DNA from: an uncultured Candidatus Saccharibacteria bacterium
GTDB lineage: Bacteria > Patescibacteriota > WWE3 > CAZQFB01
Length of the DNA: 64,000 bases
NCBI GenBank assembly: GCA_964592525.1
Contig: CAZQFB010000001.1
Coordinates: 212,413 to 276,412, forward strand
Direction: 5' to 3'
Shown piece after piece: positions 10,440 to 18,792 of the stretch; positions within the stretch are counted from its first letter, which is position 1; each line of letters opens with the position of its first letter. Under the pieces are notes generated by a model. The model had not been told where the DNA came from. It did not search any database and saw only the letters and a program-made list of their open reading frames with translations. Both the position numbers and the translations under genes were made by a program.

Positions 10440-10493
10440 AGGGGTGTCTTCTGAAATCTGCTTGCAGATTATGGAGGCACCCCTCTTTGTTTT
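10440..10493 (+). terminator. Hairpin/intrinsic terminator
   Basis: AGGGGTGTCTTC...GGAGGCACCCCT followed by CTTTGTTTT. Confidence 0.55.
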
Positions 10494-10618
10494 ATCCATA
10501 AGTAAGGGTATCAAAGGAATTGATTCTGATAATAAGGCGTTAGTGGAAAAGGTGTAGAATTTGGTTCCCCAGTAATCCTTTTACCTTGAGGTTACGTCTA
10601 AACCCATATGTTTACTGC

Positions 10619-10643
10619 CTGAACCAGGCCTGGCCTAGTTCAG
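10619..10643. repeat. REP-like short palindrome
   Basis: CTGAACcAGGCC-T-GGCCTaGTTCAG just after the C39-like gene stop. Confidence 0.45.
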
Positions 10644-10646
10644 CCT

Positions 10647-11315
10647 TTATTCTATTGGTTTTAGATAGAAGGGTTCGAGGATACCTATATAATTGGTATA
10701 GCCTTCGGGTTGTTGTAGCGTAGTGGCTGACAGGAACTTAAACTCCCTGCTCTCCCCACCAGTGGGGTCGTGAATGATAAGTGAATCAGCAGTACCTGTT
10801 TCGGCGTTATAGCCTTTGATCCCGGTAACTACCATACCATGACCCACCCACCCCATGTAGTTTTGCACGTTAATTATTACGGGGTAACCCTCTGTTAATG
10901 TTTGATAAATTGCCGAGGCATTACGTTCAATCTTAACTGCTTCAAAGTTGTAGATCTTAGCCCCCGAGTACAGATCGTAAAACATTACTCCCTTTACATA
11001 AACACTACTGGGTAGCTTATCAATTACGGTAATAAGATCAGTGTCCACGCCATGATATTGAAAGGACATCGTTAAAGCCGTAGGCCCACAAGCAGACCAC
11101 ATGATCTCACCTTGCCTAGCTTCGGGTAAATCGTAATATTGGTGAACATAAGGCACGTTAAGCTCAAGGTGATCGGTCTCATTGACCTTAAATTGCCCAG
11201 CATTCTCCACCCTTTCTGCAAGGATAAGCTCTGGGGCATTTGGTTGTAGTTGAGGCTCTTGTGGCGCGGTAATTAAAGATAATAGCGCGATTGAGCCAGT
11301 GATTAAGGCGTTCAT
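10647..11315 (-). CDS. Secreted C39-like cysteine peptidase
   Basis: N-terminal hydrophobic segment, VPYVHQ...SACGPT, GH.MVV.G and HDP motifs; AAGGAG upstream of ATG 11315. Confidence 0.8.
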   Translation of the reverse strand: MNALITGSIALLSLITAPQEPQLQPNAPELILAERVENAGQFKVNETDHLELNVPYVHQYYDLPEARQGEIMWSACGPTALTMSFQYHGVDTDLITVIDKLPSSVYVKGVMFYDLYSGAKIYNFEAVKIERNASAIYQTLTEGYPVIINVQNYMGWVGHGMVVTGIKGYNAETGTADSLIIHDPTGGESREFKFLSATTLQQPEGYTNYIGILEPFYLKPIE

Positions 11316-11361
11316 AATGTACTCCTTAAAAAATAAGCGCCCCGGTTGGGACGCGACGCGG

Positions 11362-11390
11362 ATTATACTCAACTATAGGTTTGTTGTCAA
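11362..11390 (-). promoter_or_regulatory. Consensus sigma70 promoter for the C39-like gene
   Basis: Minus-strand TTGACA-17bp-TATAAT. Confidence 0.75.
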
Positions 11391-11408
11391 ATCACCTCTG
11401 GGTAGTTT

Positions 11409-12755
11409 ATGCTGTTAGTAATGCTCAAGAAAAAACTGTTAATTACGTTATCCCTAGCTGCGGTGGGTTGCTCAATGGTGCTTTTATACATAAGTCAGCA
11501 AACACCACAAGTTGGCGAAGTGGTTATTGGTAATCAATTGTCTCAAGGTACTCGGTTGGGGGAGGTTGATCTCTCTTATTTGACGGTACCAGAAGCGGTC
11601 AGCAAGTTACAGGAGTATGCTCATAAAACTACTCTCGTTGCTTTTCCTCATCGGGCACAAAGATTTAGCTATGCTGATTTAGGGGTGGGTTTTAATTATC
11701 AAGTGCTGGAGGATTATCGCCAGCAATGTACTAAAACCTGGTTTGGTTGTGAAGAACAAGCTTACCCCGTGCCTTTGGCTAACAGGATTATTTCTATTAA
11801 CGAGACTGAATTTAAAGAGTTTGTGAGTTTAATGAACACACAAGTTACTTCTCTTTTGTCAGCTAACGATGTTTCTTTTGAGGATTTAACTTTTCGGGCA
11901 CATGACCCTAATGGTCAAATTGTTGTGGATGAGGTTAAGCTACGGCAGCAATTAAATAGTCAGAAAATATTTAGCCAAAAGATCATTGCGGTGGAAACTA
12001 TGCTAAATCAGGTAAGAGATTTGTCGGCGCAAGAAGAAGCGACTGTTAGCTTAGTAGCGGCGGTAACGACCACTCCGTTATTGATTAAATATGGTCGGCA
12101 ACCAGTTAGCCTTGCTAGTGAAACGCTAACCACTTTTATTGATTTAGTCCCTCGGTCTGGTTTTACCACCGCACAAATTAACACGCTAGCCATCAAAGAT
12201 TATTTAGCCACCTTAGCAAAGCGATACCCTTTAGCGATTGAGTTGGAAGAAAAACAAGCGGTGTTAAGTATTGCTCGTGCGCTACTTTATCGTGCGGGAG
12301 GAGAAAGTCCCGCGACTGTCGTCATATTACCGCTTAAGGGTGAACCGACGACGGATGGTAGTTATGCCCCTAAATATTTGGAACTTATTAAAAGCCAACA
12401 ACGAATGTATGCCTTTGAAAACGGTGCGTTGGTAGATACCTATATTGTGGGCACAGGGTTGACTTGGGAAACCCCGTCGGGGAACTTCCAGATCATGCGC
12501 AAACCGGGGATGTCTATTTCCTATACTGGCGGGTGGTTTATGCCTTACTATATGCCGATTGGCACAATTAATGGTTATTTTTTTGGGTTGCATGAAATTC
12601 CCTACCGCCTGAATGCCTATGGCAATATTACCTCCAGGGACGTGAATACCATGGGATCTCCGGCTACTGGTGGTTGTATCCAGCTATACAGAGAAGATGC
12701 TATTCACTTGTTTGAGTGGGCAGATGTGGGTATGCCAGTACTGATTAGGGAGTGA
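11409..12755 (+). CDS. Membrane-anchored L,D-transpeptidase (YkuD domain) with N-terminal peptidoglycan-binding-like region
   Basis: N-terminal TM; C-terminal VGTG...TPSGNF, GLHE...GSPATGGCIQL and W..VG.PV motifs. Confidence 0.8.
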   Translation: MLLVMLKKKLLITLSLAAVGCSMVLLYISQQTPQVGEVVIGNQLSQGTRLGEVDLSYLTVPEAVSKLQEYAHKTTLVAFPHRAQRFSYADLGVGFNYQVLEDYRQQCTKTWFGCEEQAYPVPLANRIISINETEFKEFVSLMNTQVTSLLSANDVSFEDLTFRAHDPNGQIVVDEVKLRQQLNSQKIFSQKIIAVETMLNQVRDLSAQEEATVSLVAAVTTTPLLIKYGRQPVSLASETLTTFIDLVPRSGFTTAQINTLAIKDYLATLAKRYPLAIELEEKQAVLSIARALLYRAGGESPATVVILPLKGEPTTDGSYAPKYLELIKSQQRMYAFENGALVDTYIVGTGLTWETPSGNFQIMRKPGMSISYTGGWFMPYYMPIGTINGYFFGLHEIPYRLNAYGNITSRDVNTMGSPATGGCIQLYREDAIHLFEWADVGMPVLIRE

Positions 12756-12874
12756 TAAGTCAACCTTCAACTATCACCCGCCAACAACCGACTCAACAGG
12801 GATTTTGGTAAAGGTCCGTCCTTTGGGGAGCGGGGTTACACCAAAGAGCTTAGGTTAATGTATATTGTAAAGAT

Positions 12875-14038
12875 ATGGACAAACCAAAAATAGCCCACAT
12901 CAGCTCAACCTACCTTAGAGCTTCAGAGACATTTGCCTATGCTTATACCCAGAACCTAAAAAAGTATGAGCCGATTGTTTTGTGTGAAGCTACCGAAAAC
13001 TTAAACCGCTTTCCTGGACCAAAGGTTTATCAGATCCGGGAGCTTTCTTTACTAGATAGGGCGATTAATAGATTAGGTAGAGAACTGTTTACCCGGCCCC
13101 TCGTCACCGAAAAAGAATACTCCCAGATCATCAACAGGGAAAAGCCAGCTATCCTGCATGCCCATTTTGCTACCCAAGGGGTTTATACCATCCCTCTAAA
13201 AAATAAACACCAGCTACCCTTGGTGACTTCCGTTTATGGTTTTGATTTTTCTTATAAACGAATTACACAGGTGTTGACGGATTCGTTCGGAGGTGAGGGC
13301 TATTGGCAGAAGGCTTATCAGAAGCTGTTTCAGGAAGGCGATTTATTTCTTACTTACTATGAAAAAGGTAAACGGACCCTAGTGAGTATGGGATGTCCGG
13401 CAGAGAAAATCACCGTTTTTCCAAATGGGATCAATTTAGAAAAATTTCAATTTAAACCATCGGGGTGGGGGAGAGAGATCCAGATACTGATGGTTAATAG
13501 ATTAACGGAGAAAAAGGGAGTGGCATATGCTGTAAGAGCCTTGGCACTCCTCGTGGCTAAATATCCCAAGGTGACCCTCAAAATTTTAGGCGATGGTGAG
13601 CTGGAAAAAGACATCAAAGCATTAGTAAGAGAATTGCATCTTGAGGAAAAAGTTATTATGCCAGGCTTTGTCGGTGAAGAGGAAGTGTTGGCCGAATACG
13701 CAAAATCACACCTTTTCTTGGCACCTGGATTTACAGCTGTAGATGGAGATGACAATGGTGGTGGTAACGTGACTGTTCTGGAAGCAATGGCCACGGGTGT
13801 AGTGGTAATTGGTACCCAGGAGAGCAGTGAACAGTTTGTGGAGGATGGTGTAAACGGTCTTATCTGCAGGCAGAAAGATCCAGAAGACCTGGCGGTTAAA
13901 ATCACGAGTATTCTAGACAACCCAGCTCAAGTAGCGGGAATGGTTGAGAAATCAAGGAAGATGGTGGAAGAAAAGTATGATGCTCATAAACAGGCTAGGA
14001 AGCTGGAGGAGTATTACGATAGTTTGCTGGAGAGGTAA
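12875..14038 (+). CDS. GT4 glycosyltransferase (WcaL/AmsK-like)
   Basis: SETF, LHAHF, RLTEKKG and LEAMATG motifs. Confidence 0.9.
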   Translation: MDKPKIAHISSTYLRASETFAYAYTQNLKKYEPIVLCEATENLNRFPGPKVYQIRELSLLDRAINRLGRELFTRPLVTEKEYSQIINREKPAILHAHFATQGVYTIPLKNKHQLPLVTSVYGFDFSYKRITQVLTDSFGGEGYWQKAYQKLFQEGDLFLTYYEKGKRTLVSMGCPAEKITVFPNGINLEKFQFKPSGWGREIQILMVNRLTEKKGVAYAVRALALLVAKYPKVTLKILGDGELEKDIKALVRELHLEEKVIMPGFVGEEEVLAEYAKSHLFLAPGFTAVDGDDNGGGNVTVLEAMATGVVVIGTQESSEQFVEDGVNGLICRQKDPEDLAVKITSILDNPAQVAGMVEKSRKMVEEKYDAHKQARKLEEYYDSLLER

Positions 14039-14044
14039 CTTTTT

Positions 14045-15265
14045 ATGTTAAGTTCATCTAAACATATTGTTATTTTTGTGCGTTCTTTGCCGCTACATGC
14101 AAGCTTTGGGGGTATGGAAACCCAAGCCCACCTATTAGCCGAAGGTTTGCTAGAAGAAGGTCACAAGGTTGATGTAATTACCAATCCTGCTTTCAAATCG
14201 GTACCAAGCACAAAGTATAAGATTCATTTCACAAGTAAGGGGGATCACACCAAATACACAAAGGAATATTTTTCACAAAGCGCCAATATTTTAAAAGAGA
14301 TTCATGAGCGGGATCCAGTAGATATGGTGATTAGTGAGAGTGCGGCTGGTTTTGGCTATAGCTTAAAACGTAAGGTAGAGTTGGGTATCCCCGTCATTCT
14401 TATTCAACACGGCTCTTTGTGGGGCGAAGTTCAAACCACTCAAGCCAAAGCAACTTCCTTCAAGGATTACCTAAGACTTATTCTGAAAATCTACCCCTAC
14501 GCTTTCAAGACCTACTTTATGCTTGATCTTAAACATATGAAAAAGGTGGATCAGATTATCGCGGTGAGCCAGAGTGTGAAAGAAGCTGTGGTTAAGGAGT
14601 ATCGGGTTGATGCCAGTAAGGTTAGCGTTGTTTATAACGGTATTGAGGTTAATAAATTTCAAGTTGCTAGTGAAGAGGAAAAGATGAACTTGCGTAATAA
14701 CTTAGGCATAGCGCCAAAAGACTTGGTGCTTTTATATGTGGGGAGAGTAATTGCAGAGAAAGGCTTGCAAGATGTAGTGCAAGTGCTCCCTCAACTGCCC
14801 ACAAGCGTCAAATTTATGGTGGTGGGGGCAGGGGATTTCCTCTCCACTCTTAAAGCCAAGATCTCAAAGCAGGGTCTTGAAGAAAGAGTAAGCTTCATGG
14901 GCCGGGTGGGTTATGAAGAGGTGGCTAAATATTACAAAGTAGCTGATGTTTTTGTGTTTCCTACCCATCGGGAGGAAGGTTTCCCCATGACTCTAATTGA
15001 AGCACAAGCTAGCGGGTTACCCGTGATAGTGGCGGATAAGGGTGGGGCTAAAGAGGCTATTGAGGAAGAAGTAACTGGTTGGAGTTACCCTGCGGGAGAT
15101 TTGAAGCAATTGACCCTGACTTTACAGCAAGCTGTTAATAACGCTGATCTTAAAACCATGTCGAGGGAGGCTGAGAGCAGGGCAGTCAAGCTTTTTAGCC
15201 AACGTAAAATGGTAATGGATACCTTAGCGGTGATGGCTAAAGTGCTAGAGAAACCCACTACCTAG
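14045..15265 (+). CDS. GT4 glycosyltransferase
   Basis: GGMET, GRVIAEKG and EGFPMTLIEAQASG motifs. Confidence 0.9.
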   Translation: MLSSSKHIVIFVRSLPLHASFGGMETQAHLLAEGLLEEGHKVDVITNPAFKSVPSTKYKIHFTSKGDHTKYTKEYFSQSANILKEIHERDPVDMVISESAAGFGYSLKRKVELGIPVILIQHGSLWGEVQTTQAKATSFKDYLRLILKIYPYAFKTYFMLDLKHMKKVDQIIAVSQSVKEAVVKEYRVDASKVSVVYNGIEVNKFQVASEEEKMNLRNNLGIAPKDLVLLYVGRVIAEKGLQDVVQVLPQLPTSVKFMVVGAGDFLSTLKAKISKQGLEERVSFMGRVGYEEVAKYYKVADVFVFPTHREEGFPMTLIEAQASGLPVIVADKGGAKEAIEEEVTGWSYPAGDLKQLTLTLQQAVNNADLKTMSREAESRAVKLFSQRKMVMDTLAVMAKVLEKPTT

Positions 15266-15349
15266 GTTAGTGGGAGAGGCTCCAATTATCTAAAACCACA
15301 ACCCTATAGTTAGCTCTAATACCTATAAACAGTGGTGTAAAAAAGATAC

Positions 15350-15378
15350 TTGACAACCTGTAGTAAGCGGTGTACAAT
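15350..15378 (+). promoter_or_regulatory. sigma70 promoter
   Basis: TTGACA-17bp-TACAAT. Confidence 0.7.
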
Positions 15379-15383
15379 TCGCA

Positions 15384-15557
15384 CCGTCCTTAGGGGATGT
15401 TCCCCTTATGAAGGAGGACTACGGGGGAAAGTGCCTGGCGAAAATTCCCCGACACAACTTCAAAGCCAGGAAAGGGGGAGCACAGGGTGACGGACCCTGT
15501 AAGCTTCTGATCTTTTGTGGTACCCGGGTGGGGGTAAACGTCCCCCACCCGGGGTTT
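15384..15557 (+). ncRNA. Candidate structured small RNA (unknown family)
   Basis: Lies between a promoter and a terminator; several GC-rich stems and a possible pseudoknot (CCTGGC/GCCAGG). Confidence 0.45.
15523..15557 (+). terminator. Intrinsic terminator
   Basis: CCCGGGTGGGGG-TAAACGT-CCCCCACCCGGG followed by a T-rich tail. Confidence 0.65.
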
Positions 15558-15594
15558 GTCCCTCTTTTGCTTATTTCCCTGATATACTCATTAC

Positions 15595-17079
15595 ATGCAA
15601 AAAAAGCGCACTTCTTTTGTTGTCTTTTTCATTTTTCTGTTTTCATTAAGTTTTAGGTTATGGGGTATAACCACCATGGGTGAGTATTGGGATGAGGCGC
15701 AAATTGCTGAAACTGGCAGTGAATACCTACGCAATGTTTCTCAATTAGATTTTTCTTCTCAAGCTTGGTCTGTTAATAAAGAACACCCTCCCGTGGCCAA
15801 GTATCTCTACGGTGCTTCCAAACTGGTACCAAAGTATATAACCGCGGTGGCTCGAATTGATAGCGAGTATGCGGTGGGTAAACAGTTAACCTTTGGGCGT
15901 TTGGTGAGTGCCGTGCTTGGTTCGTTGACGGTAGTCTTTTTGTTTCTGGTGGGTAAGACATTATACAACCCAAGAGTGGGTTTGGTGGGGGCTCTCTTTT
16001 TAAGTCTGCTCCCTCATGCTATCGGTCATAATCGGGTGGTGGGTTTGGAAACTCCCCTTTCTTTCTTTATTCTCCTTTCCCTATATTTATTTTTGGTGAA
16101 GAGAACACTATTAGCGAGTGCGGCTTTTGGCTTAGCTTTGGCGACTCGTTTTAACGCCATTTTAATGCTCCCCTTCTTTTTACTTGTACCCCTAGTCCAA
16201 GGAGATCCTGTCAAAAAGGCGGCAAAACAATTATTTTTCCTGGTTCTTGTTTCATTTATCTTGCTCCTTGTTACCTGGCCCTGGCTTTGGAGTAACCCTC
16301 TGGGCAATCTTATTGAGAGTCTGTCCATGTCCACCACCCACACAGACGCGGAGTACTTTTTAGGAAGACTTGGTAATTTGCCCTGGTTTTATTACTTGCT
16401 ATATACCTTAGCGACTCTTCCCTCTATTCTGCTCATTTTTTTGACTGCTTCTGCTGTGAAGTTGGTAAAAGACAGGGGAAAAGAGGATGTAATTCTTTTT
16501 AGTTACCTGCTTCTTCCTTTCGTGGCTTCGTTTTTGCCTCTCAAGCAAGATGGTTTGCGCTACATTTTTCAGGTTTTGCCCGCGCTGGCGCTCGTTTGCG
16601 CAGTGGGGTTTGATTACCTTGTTAAAGGTATTATTCGTCTAAGTCATTTGCCGAGCAAAATTTATTCCCTAAGTTTGGGTTTGGTGATGGTGTTATTACT
16701 AACGAGCTTTTTGCGGTTTAACCCTTATCAAATAGATTTTTACAATTATATGGTTGGGGGAACGAAGTATGTTTATGAGTATAGACTGTTTGAGGTTGGG
16801 TGGTGGGGGGAGGGTATCTATGAGGCTATGCAGTGGGTTAATGATAATGCCAAAGAGGGGGCTAGTATTAATATTGCCTACTCCCCCCAACATGTTGCAC
16901 CGGAACCTCGGAAGGATCTGCAAATTTTTGCTGGTGATTTTGGGCAAGATTATATTCTCTTGAACACCTATTCGCAGTGGTACAAAGAGGTTGGCTTGAG
17001 TCCTGATGATTATGAGTTGGTATATTCGGTAGAGGTGGCAGGGGCTCATTTAGCCGAGGTTTACAGAAGAAGTTATTAA
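15595..17079 (+). CDS. GT-C (ArnT/PMT, GT39/GT83-like) glycosyltransferase
   Basis: YWDE, EHPPVAKY and YN..VGG motifs; multi-TM. Confidence 0.85.
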   Translation: MQKKRTSFVVFFIFLFSLSFRLWGITTMGEYWDEAQIAETGSEYLRNVSQLDFSSQAWSVNKEHPPVAKYLYGASKLVPKYITAVARIDSEYAVGKQLTFGRLVSAVLGSLTVVFLFLVGKTLYNPRVGLVGALFLSLLPHAIGHNRVVGLETPLSFFILLSLYLFLVKRTLLASAAFGLALATRFNAILMLPFFLLVPLVQGDPVKKAAKQLFFLVLVSFILLLVTWPWLWSNPLGNLIESLSMSTTHTDAEYFLGRLGNLPWFYYLLYTLATLPSILLIFLTASAVKLVKDRGKEDVILFSYLLLPFVASFLPLKQDGLRYIFQVLPALALVCAVGFDYLVKGIIRLSHLPSKIYSLSLGLVMVLLLTSFLRFNPYQIDFYNYMVGGTKYVYEYRLFEVGWWGEGIYEAMQWVNDNAKEGASINIAYSPQHVAPEPRKDLQIFAGDFGQDYILLNTYSQWYKEVGLSPDDYELVYSVEVAGAHLAEVYRRSY

Positions 17080-17093
17080 TAAGTAGTGTAAAG

Positions 17094-17112
17094 CCTGCCT
17101 GCGGCAGGCAGG
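17094..17112. repeat. Short palindromic element
   Basis: CCTGCCTGC-G-GCAGGCAGG, intergenic. Confidence 0.6.
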
Positions 17113-17121
17113 TGAAAAGTT

Positions 17122-18792
17122 ATGAACTCTTTGATTAGATCTAAATCCAACCCGCGAAATATTCTTTTGCTGGTTGCTTTAATTGCTACGTTGTTTTTCT
17201 ACTACCTAAACCAGACCCAAGCAATTTGGCAAAACCCTTTCCCCAAAGGTGATGAGGTGGCTTATCTGGCGACGGCGGTAGCTATTCGTGAAGAAGGTGG
17301 GCTGGTGTCTTTAATCCCGCGGATGATAACGGGTGATTACAAGGAAGCCAACAGACACCCGTTCTATGTGGGTCTGCTCTCAATTTTTGCCCATCCGTCT
17401 TTGGATTTTTTTGCCAATGCTAAAGCTTTTAACCTGGTGCTAGGGGGAATCTATCTGCTTTTACTGTTTTGCCTGATGCGCAAACTCCTAGGTTGTTCCT
17501 TAGCTTTCTTGATGGTACTACTGTATGCGGGGAACTATTTTTTTCTCAACCAAGTAGCCAAAGTATCCACCGAACCTCTGTTATTTATTTTCGTTTTATT
17601 GAGTTGGTACTTAATTACTGAATATGGTCAGAAAACAGATAAAAAAATCGTACCTTCGGCAATGGTAGCCTCCTTGAGCTACTTGGCTAAAGTGACAGGG
17701 ATTTTTGTAATCCTTTCTTATCTGGCTACCAACTTAATTGCGGTGCTAACAAAAAAAACAGCCTTGTTCTCCAAAATTAAGCTCACTGCTCCCACACGTA
17801 AGGAAGTTGTTCTGTTTATTGCCACAGTACTCGTGGTAGCCTCCCCCCTTTTGTGGCGAAATACGCTGGTGTACAACAACCCGTTCCATAATTACAACAG
17901 TAAATTACTGTTTATCGCTAGGGGTGAGGAGCGGAGAACGGTGGAGATTTACAAAGGAGAATCACAGGGGTTAGTGGGGTTTATTAAGGAGCAATCTATT
18001 GATGGGACTGTGGGACGGCTCTTGAGAGGTATGGTCAATGAGAGTGTGGTTTTTACCCAAATGGTGTTTTTTGATTATGGGCGGATTAGAGGTTCTTTAA
18101 TTCTGTTTGGTTTGTTCTTGATGTCTATGTTAAGGGACAGGAATAGGTGGCGCGCGTTGTATTCAGTCTTCCTTTTTTCTGCCTTTTTTATCTTCTTCTC
18201 TTGGTATTACCCTATCAGCGGTCACTTTCGCTATGTTCTCCCCGTACTCTTTATTGTTTACTTCTATCTTTTTCTTCTTCTAAAAGATTTTGTAAAGTAC
18301 CTTTCTATGAAGTGGCGTTGGTTAGCAAAGTTTACCTTAGTAACACCGTTACTTCTTATGCTGCTAGGGTTCTACCTAATATATGAAGAACTTGATGAAC
18401 ACGAATATATTACCCCGGCGCATGCCCATAAAGTGACGACAGCTTATTTAGATCTTGCTTCGTGGATTGAAGACAATATTACCCCCGAAACTTTATACTT
18501 AAATGGGCCTGGTCATGAGTTTCAAGTTGAATGGCTCACGGGTACCTCTGAACAATCAATTGAAATGCCAATTGTTACTAGTCTGTCAGAACTTAATCAG
18601 TTTATTTCTGATTATGGCATAAAATATGTCATCCTCTCTCAACCAACTATTACTGGTCGCGAGCTTATTTTGAAGGATTATTTTATACTTAAAGGAGATG
18701 GGTTGCAGGAAGTATCAAAACCCCAAGGATGGGCATTAATTGCCCATGAGCACCGAAGTGACCCTCGCTATTTAATCTATGAAATTCAATAA
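17122..18792 (+). CDS. GT-C (ArnT/PMT-like) glycosyltransferase
   Basis: GDEVAY, RHPFY, TEPL and RYVLP motifs; multi-TM plus C-terminal soluble domain. Confidence 0.8.
   Translation: MNSLIRSKSNPRNILLLVALIATLFFYYLNQTQAIWQNPFPKGDEVAYLATAVAIREEGGLVSLIPRMITGDYKEANRHPFYVGLLSIFAHPSLDFFANAKAFNLVLGGIYLLLLFCLMRKLLGCSLAFLMVLLYAGNYFFLNQVAKVSTEPLLFIFVLLSWYLITEYGQKTDKKIVPSAMVASLSYLAKVTGIFVILSYLATNLIAVLTKKTALFSKIKLTAPTRKEVVLFIATVLVVASPLLWRNTLVYNNPFHNYNSKLLFIARGEERRTVEIYKGESQGLVGFIKEQSIDGTVGRLLRGMVNESVVFTQMVFFDYGRIRGSLILFGLFLMSMLRDRNRWRALYSVFLFSAFFIFFSWYYPISGHFRYVLPVLFIVYFYLFLLLKDFVKYLSMKWRWLAKFTLVTPLLLMLLGFYLIYEELDEHEYITPAHAHKVTTAYLDLASWIEDNITPETLYLNGPGHEFQVEWLTGTSEQSIEMPIVTSLSELNQFISDYGIKYVILSQPTITGRELILKDYFILKGDGLQEVSKPQGWALIAHEHRSDPRYLIYEIQ

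Noticed and set aside
9422-10493. Complete DGR
   Set aside because: No reverse transcriptase, Avd-like gene or template repeat is seen in this window.
15421-15475. GGGGGAAAGTGCC resembles the RNase P RNA GAGGAAAGUCC motif
   Set aside because: The match is imperfect, the transcript is too short, and the 3' P4 consensus is absent.
15408-15656. 82-aa ORF from the track
   Set aside because: It runs through a strong terminator and overlaps the next gene; the region is better explained as structured RNA.
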